Position numbers and translations under genes: made by a program | Shown here: piece after piece, positions 1 through 7,612 of the stretch | How the letters are laid out: each line of letters opens with the position of its first letter | Numbering within the stretch: the stretch's first letter is position 1 | Origin: Minisyncoccota bacterium | Lineage (GTDB): Bacteria; Patescibacteriota; Minisyncoccia; Phycocordibacterales; UBA5272 | Assembly (NCBI GenBank): GCA_046350775.1 | Contig: JAXLZS010000001.1 | Location: 287,930 to 351,929, forward strand | DNA: 64,000 nt | Direction of reading: 5' to 3' | Notes under the pieces: generated by a model | What the model was told of the DNA's origin: nothing | Database searches by the model: none | What the model saw: only the letters and a program-made list of their open reading frames with translations

Positions 1-213
1 GCCTTTACTCGCTTTGTACATATTATCCTTTTTAATACCCATGCCTTTTTTAGTGGCTTACAGAAAAAAGATAGAATCTTTTTTTAAAAAAATACTAAAA
101 AGAATAGGGTTCGAAATAAAAGTTTTTTGGATAATATTACTAATAAGACTGTTTTTAAGATTTTAATTTGAATATTTTAATTTTAAAAACCGTCTTTTTT
201 TGATAATAAAAAC

Positions 214-242
214 TTGACAAGTAATATGTATGATGCTATACT
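214..242 (+). promoter_or_regulatory. sigma70-like promoter (TTGACA, 17-nt spacer, TATACT) upstream of the small alpha-CTD-like ORF
   Basis: TTGACA at 214-219, 17-nt spacer, TATACT at 237-242 followed by ATAAT. Read directly from the sequence. Confidence 0.5.
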
Positions 243-284
243 ATAATTAGAAGAATATTTTTACTTTAAATAAAATCCGTTTTT

Positions 285-515
285 ATGAAAATAAAAATTA
301 ACACACGCAAAGTGTCTTTGGAGGATCTCAATTTAGATCCCAAGACTTTTAAAAAGTTAAAAAAAAGAAACATCTCCTCGTTAGAGGACGTGTCTGTAAT
401 TCCAAAAAACCTTTTTAAAGAAATCGGCATTGGGAAAAATAGATATGATAATTTGATGATTTCAATCGCAAATTATTTACTAAAAGATTGTCCAGCTGTC
501 AGAGATGTTTTTTAA
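285..515 (+). CDS. small protein resembling the C-terminal domain (helix-hairpin-helix) of RNA polymerase alpha subunit or the NusA C-terminal repeats
   Basis: 76 aa. The pattern SLEDLNLDPKTFKKLKKRNISSLEDVSVIPKNLFKEIGIGKNRYDNL matches the alpha-CTD consensus (L.LS.R..N.LK...I.T.GDL...........IG.KS..EI). A strong promoter lies upstream and an intrinsic terminator downstream. Confidence 0.5.
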   Translation: MKIKINTRKVSLEDLNLDPKTFKKLKKRNISSLEDVSVIPKNLFKEIGIGKNRYDNLMISIANYLLKDCPAVRDVF

Positions 516-525
516 TAGAAAGTCA

Positions 526-556
526 AAGCGTCATTCATTATTGACGCTTTTTATTT
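526..556 (+). terminator. rho-independent terminator
   Basis: Hairpin AAGCGTCA / TGACGCTT with an 8-nt loop, followed by TTTATTTT. Confidence 0.7.
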
Positions 557-660
557 TATATATAGACTATAAGGGTTTTTTGTGATATTATTAATACAAA
601 TAAATATAAGTGGGAATCTAGTGTTTTTATTTTCGCTTTATTTACTAAATAACCTTTAAA

Positions 661-2205
661 ATGTCAGACAAAAATCAAAACAACAATCTAAAAGAAAGGC
701 AGCCTATCGTAGTAGTGATGGGTCATGTTGACCATGGAAAAAGCTCTCTTCTTGACGCTATTCGTAATTCCAACATTGTAGATGGAGAAATTGGTGGTAT
801 CACTCAGCACGTTAGTGCTTATGAGATTTCTCACGAAATAAAAGATAAAAAAGAAATAAAAAAGATAACATTTCTAGACACACCTGGGCATGAAGCTTTT
901 GGATCGATGCGTGAGAGTGGAGCTAAAATTGCTGACATAGCCATCTTAATAGTCTCAGCAGAAGATGGAGTGATGCCACAGACTATCGAAGCTCAAAAGA
1001 CTATTGTAGAAAATAATATCCCCTATCTTGTAGCTATCAGTAAAGTCGATAAACCAAATGCAAATATTCAAAAAACCAAAAATTCTCTAATAGAAAATGG
1101 TATCTACCTAGAAGGCATGGGGGGAGATATTTCTTATGTAGAAATAGATTCAAAAACTAAGAAAGGTATACCAGAATTGATCGACACTATCTTACTTGTA
1201 GCTGAGATGGCTGATTTAAAATATGACTCATCAAAAAATGCAGAGGGATTTGTATTGGAATCTCTACTTGATGGTAAAAGAGGTATATCTTCTACCCTTA
1301 TAATAAAAGATGGTGTCATGCCAAAATCTGGAGCAATACTCGCAGACATAGCATTATCACCTATTCGTATCGTTGAAGATTTTGCCGGAAAACCTATATC
1401 TCAAGCTCATGCAGGACAAGTCATAAAAGTCACAGGCTTTGATAATGCTCCAAAAGTCAATGGAGAATTTACTTCTAGCTCTGATAAAAAAGCATTAGAA
1501 AAATTACAAATAGAAAGAATAAATAATACCACTCAAAAAATCTTAGATCCAAAAGCTTATCGTAGCGCAAAGCTTGTCATACCTGTAGTACTAAAAGCTG
1601 ATACTCTTGGTACACTCACAGCTATAGAAAGAGAAATTAAAAAAATTGAATACAACAAAAAAACAGATGAGGACACTGGTATTAAAGTAAAAATAATTGG
1701 TGGTGGTATAGGAAATATCACCGAAGGAGATGTCTTGGCCACTTCACATGATGAGAATGTAGTGATAATAGGTTTTAATGTAAAGGTAGATAACAAAGCT
1801 AAAGATGAGGCGGAGAGGCTCGGTATAAATATCACTACTTTTGATATTATTTATAAACTTGCAGAATGGTGGACAGAAAAAGTCGACGAAAGATTGCCAC
1901 ATGAAGAAATAGAAAAGACTACAGGAAAATTAAAAATTCTAAAGCTATTCTCTGCAAATAAAGATAAACAAGTACTGGGAGGAAGGGTCTTGGAAGGAAG
2001 TATAAAATTAAATGCTAAAGTAAAAATCTACAGAAGAGATTTTGATATAGGATTTGGAAAAATTGTAGAATTACAAAGTATGAAAATAAAAACAAATGAA
2101 GTCCTCGAAGGTAATGAGTGCGGTCTCATGATAGAAAGTAAGACAGAGATAATACCTGGCGACATAATTGAATCAATAGAAATAGAAAAAAGAAAAATAA
2201 TATAA
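661..2205 (+). CDS. infB: translation initiation factor IF-2, short form beginning at the G domain
   Basis: G1 motif [28 protein letters not shown]-like SKVD, and a C-terminal beta-barrel. The gene is followed by rbfA, as in the canonical operon. Confidence 0.9.
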   Translation: MSDKNQNNNLKERQPIVVVMGHVDHGKSSLLDAIRNSNIVDGEIGGITQHVSAYEISHEIKDKKEIKKITFLDTPGHEAFGSMRESGAKIADIAILIVSAEDGVMPQTIEAQKTIVENNIPYLVAISKVDKPNANIQKTKNSLIENGIYLEGMGGDISYVEIDSKTKKGIPELIDTILLVAEMADLKYDSSKNAEGFVLESLLDGKRGISSTLIIKDGVMPKSGAILADIALSPIRIVEDFAGKPISQAHAGQVIKVTGFDNAPKVNGEFTSSSDKKALEKLQIERINNTTQKILDPKAYRSAKLVIPVVLKADTLGTLTAIEREIKKIEYNKKTDEDTGIKVKIIGGGIGNITEGDVLATSHDENVVIIGFNVKVDNKAKDEAERLGINITTFDIIYKLAEWWTEKVDERLPHEEIEKTTGKLKILKLFSANKDKQVLGGRVLEGSIKLNAKVKIYRRDFDIGFGKIVELQSMKIKTNEVLEGNECGLMIESKTEIIPGDIIESIEIEKRKII

Positions 2206-2208
2206 TTT

Positions 2209-2577
2209 ATGGATATAAATAATGAAGACTTTAATCCTGATTTTGCAGGAAAGACAGAAAGGCAAATAAAAATTGGACTGACTATCCGATCTATAGCTCA
2301 AGACTTTTTTCAAAAAGAGTCTTCTGGTACATCTTTGATCACCGTGACTCGTGCCGATATTTCTCGCGATCTAAAAAATACTAATATTTTTATAACTGTA
2401 CTACCAGACTCTAAAGAAGAACAAGCCTTAAATTTTGCCAAAAGAATGAGAACAGAGCTTCGCACAGAAATAAAAAAGAAACTGCAAATCAGAACTATAC
2501 CGATGGTGGAAGTAAAAATAGACAAAGGTGAAAAAGCTAGACAAATAATGGACACTGTCTTTAAAAAAGTGAAATAA
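2209..2577 (+). CDS. rbfA: ribosome-binding factor A
   Basis: 122 aa, a KH-like RbfA pattern (ITVTRADISRDLKNTNIFITVL), and a position immediately downstream of infB. Confidence 0.75.
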   Translation: MDINNEDFNPDFAGKTERQIKIGLTIRSIAQDFFQKESSGTSLITVTRADISRDLKNTNIFITVLPDSKEEQALNFAKRMRTELRTEIKKKLQIRTIPMVEVKIDKGEKARQIMDTVFKKVK

Positions 2578-2653
2578 TAAATTTTAATAAATTATTGAGT
2601 TTTAGTCGTGATATAATATTATATATAAAAGTAGATAATATTATTTTAAAAAT

Positions 2654-3040
2654 ATGATAACAACCAATATTTTAGCTCAGATCTTTGGAATAACATTTTT
2701 GTTTGTGGGTATCTCAATAATTTTCAACAGAAAATCTGTCCATCTTGTAGTAGAAAAAATGACAAGAGAGCCTGGTCTTTTGTGGTTTTTGGGTTTTGTA
2801 TCAATATTTTTAGGATCATTTATACTTGCTTTTTCAAATTTTTATGGAGATGGTTTGTCTTTTGTATTATCAATTGTCGGAATCTTAGCTTTCCTAAAAG
2901 GAATTTATTTGCTTTGGATACCTGGACACTCTATGAGACTTTGGAATAAGATAAATGATAATAAGACAATAATTTCTATCTCTGGAATAATTATAACAAT
3001 AATAAGTCTCTATTTGATAGCTAAAGGTTTTTATTTTTAA
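2654..3040 (+). CDS. small integral membrane protein, four predicted TM segments, unknown function
   Basis: Hydrophobic 128-aa ORF with its own AT-rich leader and a strong terminator downstream. Confidence 0.45.
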   Translation: MITTNILAQIFGITFLFVGISIIFNRKSVHLVVEKMTREPGLLWFLGFVSIFLGSFILAFSNFYGDGLSFVLSIVGILAFLKGIYLLWIPGHSMRLWNKINDNKTIISISGIIITIISLYLIAKGFYF

Positions 3041-3045
3041 TATAA

Positions 3046-3090
3046 AACAAACAAGCTGACACACAAATGTGTCAGCTTGTTTGTTTTGTG
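3046..3090. terminator. bidirectional rho-independent terminator
   Basis: Perfect ~17-bp stem (AAACAAACAAGCTGACAC ... GTGTCAGCTTGTTTGTTT) with T-runs on both strands. It terminates the + strand membrane gene and the - strand tRNA-Leu. Confidence 0.8.
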
Positions 3091-3170
3091 CCCAGGAGAG
3101 GACTTGAACCTCCAAGGATTGCTCCACTAGTTCCTAAGACTAGCGCGTATACCAATTCCGCCACCTGGGC
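3089..3170 (-). tRNA. tRNA-Leu (anticodon UAG), class II with long variable arm
   Basis: The reverse complement reads GCCCAGGTGGCGGAATTGGTA...CTAGT CTTAGGA ACTAG...GGTTCAAGTCCTCTCCTGGGCA. The 7-bp acceptor stem pairs, the anticodon loop is CU-UAG-GA, and CCA is not encoded. Confidence 0.85.
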
Positions 3171-3182
3171 AAATATTAGAAA

Positions 3183-3234
3183 ATAACAGAAATTAAATCT
3201 ATAATTCTCTTTGCATATAATAACAGAAATTAAA
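3183..3234. repeat. two copies of the 16-bp direct repeat AATAACAGAAATTAAA, 36 bp apart, between divergent tRNA genes
   Basis: Exact 16-mer at 3183-3198 and 3219-3234; the second copy abuts the tRNA-Leu promoter region. Confidence 0.6.
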
Positions 3235-3303
3235 CAATTTCTCAAATAGAAAACAGATCTTTATAAAAATAAATTTTTATGCTATTATATTTAGAATTAA
3301 AAA

Positions 3304-3379
3304 GCCCCTATAGCTCAGTTGGTAGAGCAGTTGCCTCTTAAGCAAACGGTCGTAGGTTCGAATCCTACTGGGGGCACCA
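3304..3379 (+). tRNA. tRNA-Lys (anticodon CUU), CCA encoded
   Basis: GCCCCTATAGCTCAGTTGGTAGAGCAGTTGCCTCTTAAGCAAACGGTCGTAGGTTCGAATCCTACTGGGGGCACCA. It has D-arm GCTCAGTTGGTAGAGC and T-arm GGTTCGAATCC, and the anticodon loop carries CUU. Confidence 0.85.
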
Positions 3380-3493
3380 TGTAATGAGAAGCACGAGTTA
3401 TATACGTTATTAATAGATAGCAGATATAATAAATATTGAACATAATAAAAAAGAAGTGGAAATATATTCCACTTCTACAATAAAAAACATCTT

Positions 3494-4261
3494 TCATTTC
3501 AATAACTTTAAGGCTTTAGCCAAATAATCACCTGCCATATTCCAATCAATAGGATCTAAAGCATTTCCACTTGGCCTTAATTTACCTTGTGCATCAATAC
3601 TTATTTTTGGAAATTCTTTTGCTAAAGGCTCCACCAAATTAAGAGTGTTTGGACCGAGTCCGCCAGCGACAACAATACCAATATATGAAATATTTTCATG
3701 AATACTTTTTGCAATAGGAATAAGGTCTTGCGCATCCATATTCAATCCTCTACCCATACTTTTATCGAGGAGTATATAGTCTACAGAATATTTATACTCC
3801 TTAACTCTTTGAACAAAGACATCGATGTCATTCCCGACCAATTTAAAAGCTTCAGTATTTCCCTGCAAAATAATTTTAATGAGCGGATATTTTTTACGAT
3901 ATTCTTTTAAAACATCAACTTCTGGCCAGATCATATCTAACTGAAGCCCATTCAGATGATTACCAGCATAATCTGTGGCTTTGAAGAGATTTTCCAAAAC
4001 ATCAACGCCTTCATAATCAGCATAGTGAAGAACATTGAAGATTGATGGGTGCCCTAAAAAAATTGAACTTACTTCTTCTTTTTTCGGAAAAGCATTTTCC
4101 CATTTCGATGGTATTCCATTAAGTGTTTTATAATTCATCATTACACCAACGTGTAATTTTCTTTTTGATCCACTTTGTTTATTCTTCAAAAAGATTTCCG
4201 CCATTTTTAACACTTCTTTACTGGACATAAAATCGGTTATACCGATATATGGAATTTGCAT
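3494..4261 (-). CDS. TIM-barrel protein of the phosphoribosylanthranilate isomerase (TrpF/PRAI)-like family
   Basis: Alignable blocks against TrpF: IPYIGITDF vs KICGIT, HVGVMMN vs VGVFVN, ILLDKSMGRGLNMD vs LLDSKTGGTGKTFDW, IVVAGGLGPNTL vs ILAGGLTPENV. Catalytic residues were not verified. Confidence 0.45.
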   Translation of the reverse strand: MQIPYIGITDFMSSKEVLKMAEIFLKNKQSGSKRKLHVGVMMNYKTLNGIPSKWENAFPKKEEVSSIFLGHPSIFNVLHYADYEGVDVLENLFKATDYAGNHLNGLQLDMIWPEVDVLKEYRKKYPLIKIILQGNTEAFKLVGNDIDVFVQRVKEYKYSVDYILLDKSMGRGLNMDAQDLIPIAKSIHENISYIGIVVAGGLGPNTLNLVEPLAKEFPKISIDAQGKLRPSGNALDPIDWNMAGDYLAKALKLLK

Positions 4262-4337
4262 GTGACCTCCTTTTTATTTGATGAAAAAATCGTTACCTTT
4301 TTAATACTATAATAAATGAGATTTTTAGTCAATAAAA

Positions 4338-4706
4338 TTATTTTTTATTTTTTCTGTACGATTCTTTTATTTTTAAATATTCTTTTTGATTTCCTTTCAC
4401 AATAGAAGCTGGATATTTTTTAATATTTTTCTCCAGTTTTTCATGGATTATTTTTTCAATATCTAAATCCAAAGAGATAGCCATTTCAGTACTATAAATA
4501 AGCACATCCGCTAATTCTTCTTTTATTTTTTGTAAAATTATTTGATCTTGTTTTATATTTTTTATAGACAAATCTTTCCATTGAAAAATTTCTAGAAGCT
4601 CAGAGGACTCTATACTTATTGATTTAGAAATACTGCTAGGATTTTTTAGAATAGACCATCCTCTTTCATTTATATATTTTTTAATTTCTTTTTTCAATTC
4701 TTCCAT
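4338..4706 (-). CDS. MazG-like nucleoside triphosphate pyrophosphohydrolase
   Basis: 122 aa with a MazG-type EExxE..D...Y motif (ELLEIFQWKD...EELADVLIYSTEMAISLDLDIEKII). Confidence 0.6.
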   Translation of the reverse strand: MEELKKEIKKYINERGWSILKNPSSISKSISIESSELLEIFQWKDLSIKNIKQDQIILQKIKEELADVLIYSTEMAISLDLDIEKIIHEKLEKNIKKYPASIVKGNQKEYLKIKESYRKNKK

Positions 4707-4780
4707 AATTATATATTAATAATAACATATAACCTTATCATACACATTAATATAGTCAAAATCATAGAGAGGTCACAAAA

Positions 4781-5677
4781 TTAAGAAATAATTTTCTTTA
4801 TAAACTCGTCTATAAATTTTACATCTTTTGTTTTCATGCTAGACGCATTAACGTGTCCTCCACCGCCATACTTTTCTGCGATCTTTTCCACATCAACACC
4901 ACCATTAGCGCGAAAACTCAATTTTAATTCTCCACGCTCAAATGTATAAATAATAGTAAAAGTCTTAGTCTTTTCTGTCAACTTGTGTCCTAATTCATTC
5001 CTAAATACCGGACTAGCATTGATAGCATATACTTTGTATCCATCAAAATTTATCAACTTCGCACTATTTAATTGATTATCTACTAATTTCAGATAATTAG
5101 ACTGCAATATTGTCCCAGTATTTTTTATTTCTAGAAATTTCTTTTTATCTTCTAGATCTTTTTCAACTTTTGAAAAAATCTTGAAATCAAATTGTAAAGT
5201 ATAGACATAGGCTAAAATATTTCTCTCTTCTTTATTTATTTTTTCATCTTTTGAGAAAGAATACGTATCGCCTATTGAGATATATCTAATTAATTTTGGA
5301 ATTATATTTTTCGGGAAAAAGTATTCGTGGGCGAGATACGCTCCGGATACCCCATCTCTAAATACTGATCCGAAGAGAGACTCTACTAATCGCTTCATAC
5401 CAATATGGTGATCTATTACTATTAACTTCTTTGCAACTTTTTGTACTTTTTTTAATTCATTCTCTTTAAGGCAAAAATCTATAAAATAAACCTCTTTATC
5501 TTTTAATTCACTTATTTTTATTTTTTTACTCTGCAATATATCATCTCCTTTTACAGTGCGAGAGAGAGGTATATATTCAGCCTTTTCTTTAAATTTTTTA
5601 TGAGCGACAAATGCTCCAGTAAATCCATCGACGCAATTTTCATGATAAAAAACTATAATGTTTTTTGTAATTTTCAT
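4781..5677 (-). CDS. DHH-family phosphoesterase (NrnA-like nanoRNase / pAp phosphatase)
   Basis: Motif I HENCVDGFTG, motif III LIVIDHHIG, and the DHHA1 motif GGGGH near the C-terminus. Confidence 0.75.
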   Translation of the reverse strand: MKITKNIIVFYHENCVDGFTGAFVAHKKFKEKAEYIPLSRTVKGDDILQSKKIKISELKDKEVYFIDFCLKENELKKVQKVAKKLIVIDHHIGMKRLVESLFGSVFRDGVSGAYLAHEYFFPKNIIPKLIRYISIGDTYSFSKDEKINKEERNILAYVYTLQFDFKIFSKVEKDLEDKKKFLEIKNTGTILQSNYLKLVDNQLNSAKLINFDGYKVYAINASPVFRNELGHKLTEKTKTFTIIYTFERGELKLSFRANGGVDVEKIAEKYGGGGHVNASSMKTKDVKFIDEFIKKIIS

Positions 5678-5740
5678 ATTAAAAAATTATAGCATAAAAG
5701 TGAAATTTGTGTTAAAATAACTCATAATTTAAAAGACTTT

Positions 5741-7309
5741 ATGGCTAAAGAAAATATATATTCAAATACAGATACAGAAAAAAATATCGCGGCAACTTGG
5801 GGTGAGAGTGTATTATCATTTCAAGATCTGACTTTCTACTATAATGAAAACAAACCAATTCTAAAAGAAGCAAGCTCAAATATTCGTAAAGGCCAAAAAT
5901 TGACCCTCATGGGCCCAAATGGTGCCGGCAAATCGACTCTATTCTCAATAATCACTGGAGAGCAAAAACCAATCGAAGGAAGAGTGGTGATAGGAAATGA
6001 TCTCAAGATAGCCCTAGCTAAACAATTTATTCCTCATGACAAATGGGAAAAGACTGTACGTGAATTTCTAGAAGAAGCTTTCACGGAAAAAGTCTATGAT
6101 ATAGATAAAAAAGCAGAAGAGACTTTTGCTGTTATCAATCTTCATCCTATACACAAGACTAAAGATATAAAAACAAAAAAAGATGAAGCGATGCATCTTC
6201 TTAATAAGAAAATTAAAGAGCTCTCTGGAGGGCAAAAAGGAAAGCTGCTCATAGCTCAAGCTCTCATAGCCAAGCCAGATATATTATTACTCGACGAGCC
6301 AACCAATAATCTAGATAAAGAAGCGGTAAAACTTTTGACCAACTTCATGAAAACTTACACAGGTACAGCTATTGTGATTTCTCATGATGAAAACTTTTTA
6401 AACTCTTTTACTCATGGCATTCTTTATATAAATACACAAAATCAAAAACTCGAGCAATATGTAGGTAATTATTTTAAAGCCATAGAAGAAATCAAAAGAC
6501 AAATTGAAAGAGAAAAAAGAGAGGTAGCTCAAGCAGAAAAAAAGATCCAAGAAAATAAAGACAAAGTAAACTTCTTTGCTCATAAAGGTGGAAAGATGAG
6601 AAAGCTTGCTGCAAAATTAAAAGATGAATATAAGGAGATGGAAGAAAATATGACCGATGAAAGAAAAGAAGACAAGACTATCAGAAAATTTAATATCAAA
6701 ATAAACGAAGAAGAGAGAGATGGAATGGGAGGCGTGATAATTGAGATGGATGAAGTAAATATTCTAGAGCATGGCGAACCAAAAGATGTAAAAATAAAAA
6801 AAATAGAATTAAGAAAAGGAGATAAATTACAAATCCTAGGACCAAATGGTATTGGTAAGACTACTCTTCTAGAAAGAATCGCCAACAAAAAAGCTATTGG
6901 TACAAAAATAAAAGAAAATATAAATATTGGATATTATAGACAAGATTTTACGACTCTAGACTTTTCCAAATCAGCTTATGAAGAATTGTCCAAAGTCTTT
7001 AAAAGACTAGATGATCACCATTTGCGCGCCACAGCGGCTGGATTTCTTTTAGGAGGGAAGGAATTGTCTCATAAAGTTGGACACTTGTCAGAAGGACAAA
7101 AAGGACTTCTTATGTTTGCCTATCTTACCCTACTAGAGCCAGGTATACTAATACTAGACGAGCCTACAAACCATATCAACTTTAGACATATTCCAGTCAT
7201 AGCAGAAGCTATCAAAAATTATGAAGGTGTAGTCATCATAGTCTCACACGTAAATGATTTTGTTAGAAAAATTGGAGTTAACCACACTCTAGATCTAGGA
7301 TCTATTTAA
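5741..7309 (+). CDS. ABC-F family ATPase (two tandem ABC domains, no TM domain)
   Basis: Two Walker A motifs (GPNGAGKST, GPNGIGKTT), two ABC signatures (LSGGQKGKL, LSEGQKGLL), and a charged inter-domain linker. Confidence 0.85.
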   Translation: MAKENIYSNTDTEKNIAATWGESVLSFQDLTFYYNENKPILKEASSNIRKGQKLTLMGPNGAGKSTLFSIITGEQKPIEGRVVIGNDLKIALAKQFIPHDKWEKTVREFLEEAFTEKVYDIDKKAEETFAVINLHPIHKTKDIKTKKDEAMHLLNKKIKELSGGQKGKLLIAQALIAKPDILLLDEPTNNLDKEAVKLLTNFMKTYTGTAIVISHDENFLNSFTHGILYINTQNQKLEQYVGNYFKAIEEIKRQIEREKREVAQAEKKIQENKDKVNFFAHKGGKMRKLAAKLKDEYKEMEENMTDERKEDKTIRKFNIKINEEERDGMGGVIIEMDEVNILEHGEPKDVKIKKIELRKGDKLQILGPNGIGKTTLLERIANKKAIGTKIKENINIGYYRQDFTTLDFSKSAYEELSKVFKRLDDHHLRATAAGFLLGGKELSHKVGHLSEGQKGLLMFAYLTLLEPGILILDEPTNHINFRHIPVIAEAIKNYEGVVIIVSHVNDFVRKIGVNHTLDLGSI

Positions 7310-7606
7310 TTATTTCATTTTTAAATATTTAGCCTCTATTTCTTTTATTTCTTTAGCAGCATTTTCAAAAATCTTATTTTTTGCTAACTGAATACTCTCT
7401 AGATAAATTCTCTCCAGATCCTCTTCTGGGACAGAAGGATTATTTATAAGATCTTCTTTTATTTCTTTTTCTACTTCCTGGAACTCTCTCATAGCTCTAT
7501 CTTGTGCCAAAGATATTTCTTCTGCAGACTCTCTCAACATCGGCTCCACTTCATTAAATTTTTCTATGATTTGATCTTGTATACTTTTATTTGTTTCATT
7601 TGTCAT
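7310..7606 (-). CDS. small acidic, predicted coiled-coil protein of unknown function
   Basis: 98-aa ORF 6 bp downstream of the 727-aa gene on the same strand; no recognisable motif. Confidence 0.4.
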   Translation of the reverse strand: MTNETNKSIQDQIIEKFNEVEPMLRESAEEISLAQDRAMREFQEVEKEIKEDLINNPSVPEEDLERIYLESIQLAKNKIFENAAKEIKEIEAKYLKMK

Positions 7607-7612
7607 ATATTT

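Noticed and set aside
1-42. Possible 5' end of a minus-strand gene (MGIKKDNMYKASKG...) running off the window start.
   Set aside because: Only 14 codons are visible, too short to support any call.
1134-1835. Antisense ORFs inside infB (1134-1349, 1557-1835). Similar antisense ORFs lie inside other long genes: 6068-6888, 16064-16517, 20173-21935, 27939-28418, 54305-55121 and 56399-57322.
   Set aside because: They are embedded on the opposite strand of well-supported conserved genes, have low-complexity or hydrophobic translations typical of AT-rich antisense frames, and lack independent promoters or RBS.
3315-3497. 60-aa ORF overlapping tRNA-Lys on the opposite strand.
   Set aside because: It overlaps a confidently identified tRNA and its promoter, so it is spurious.
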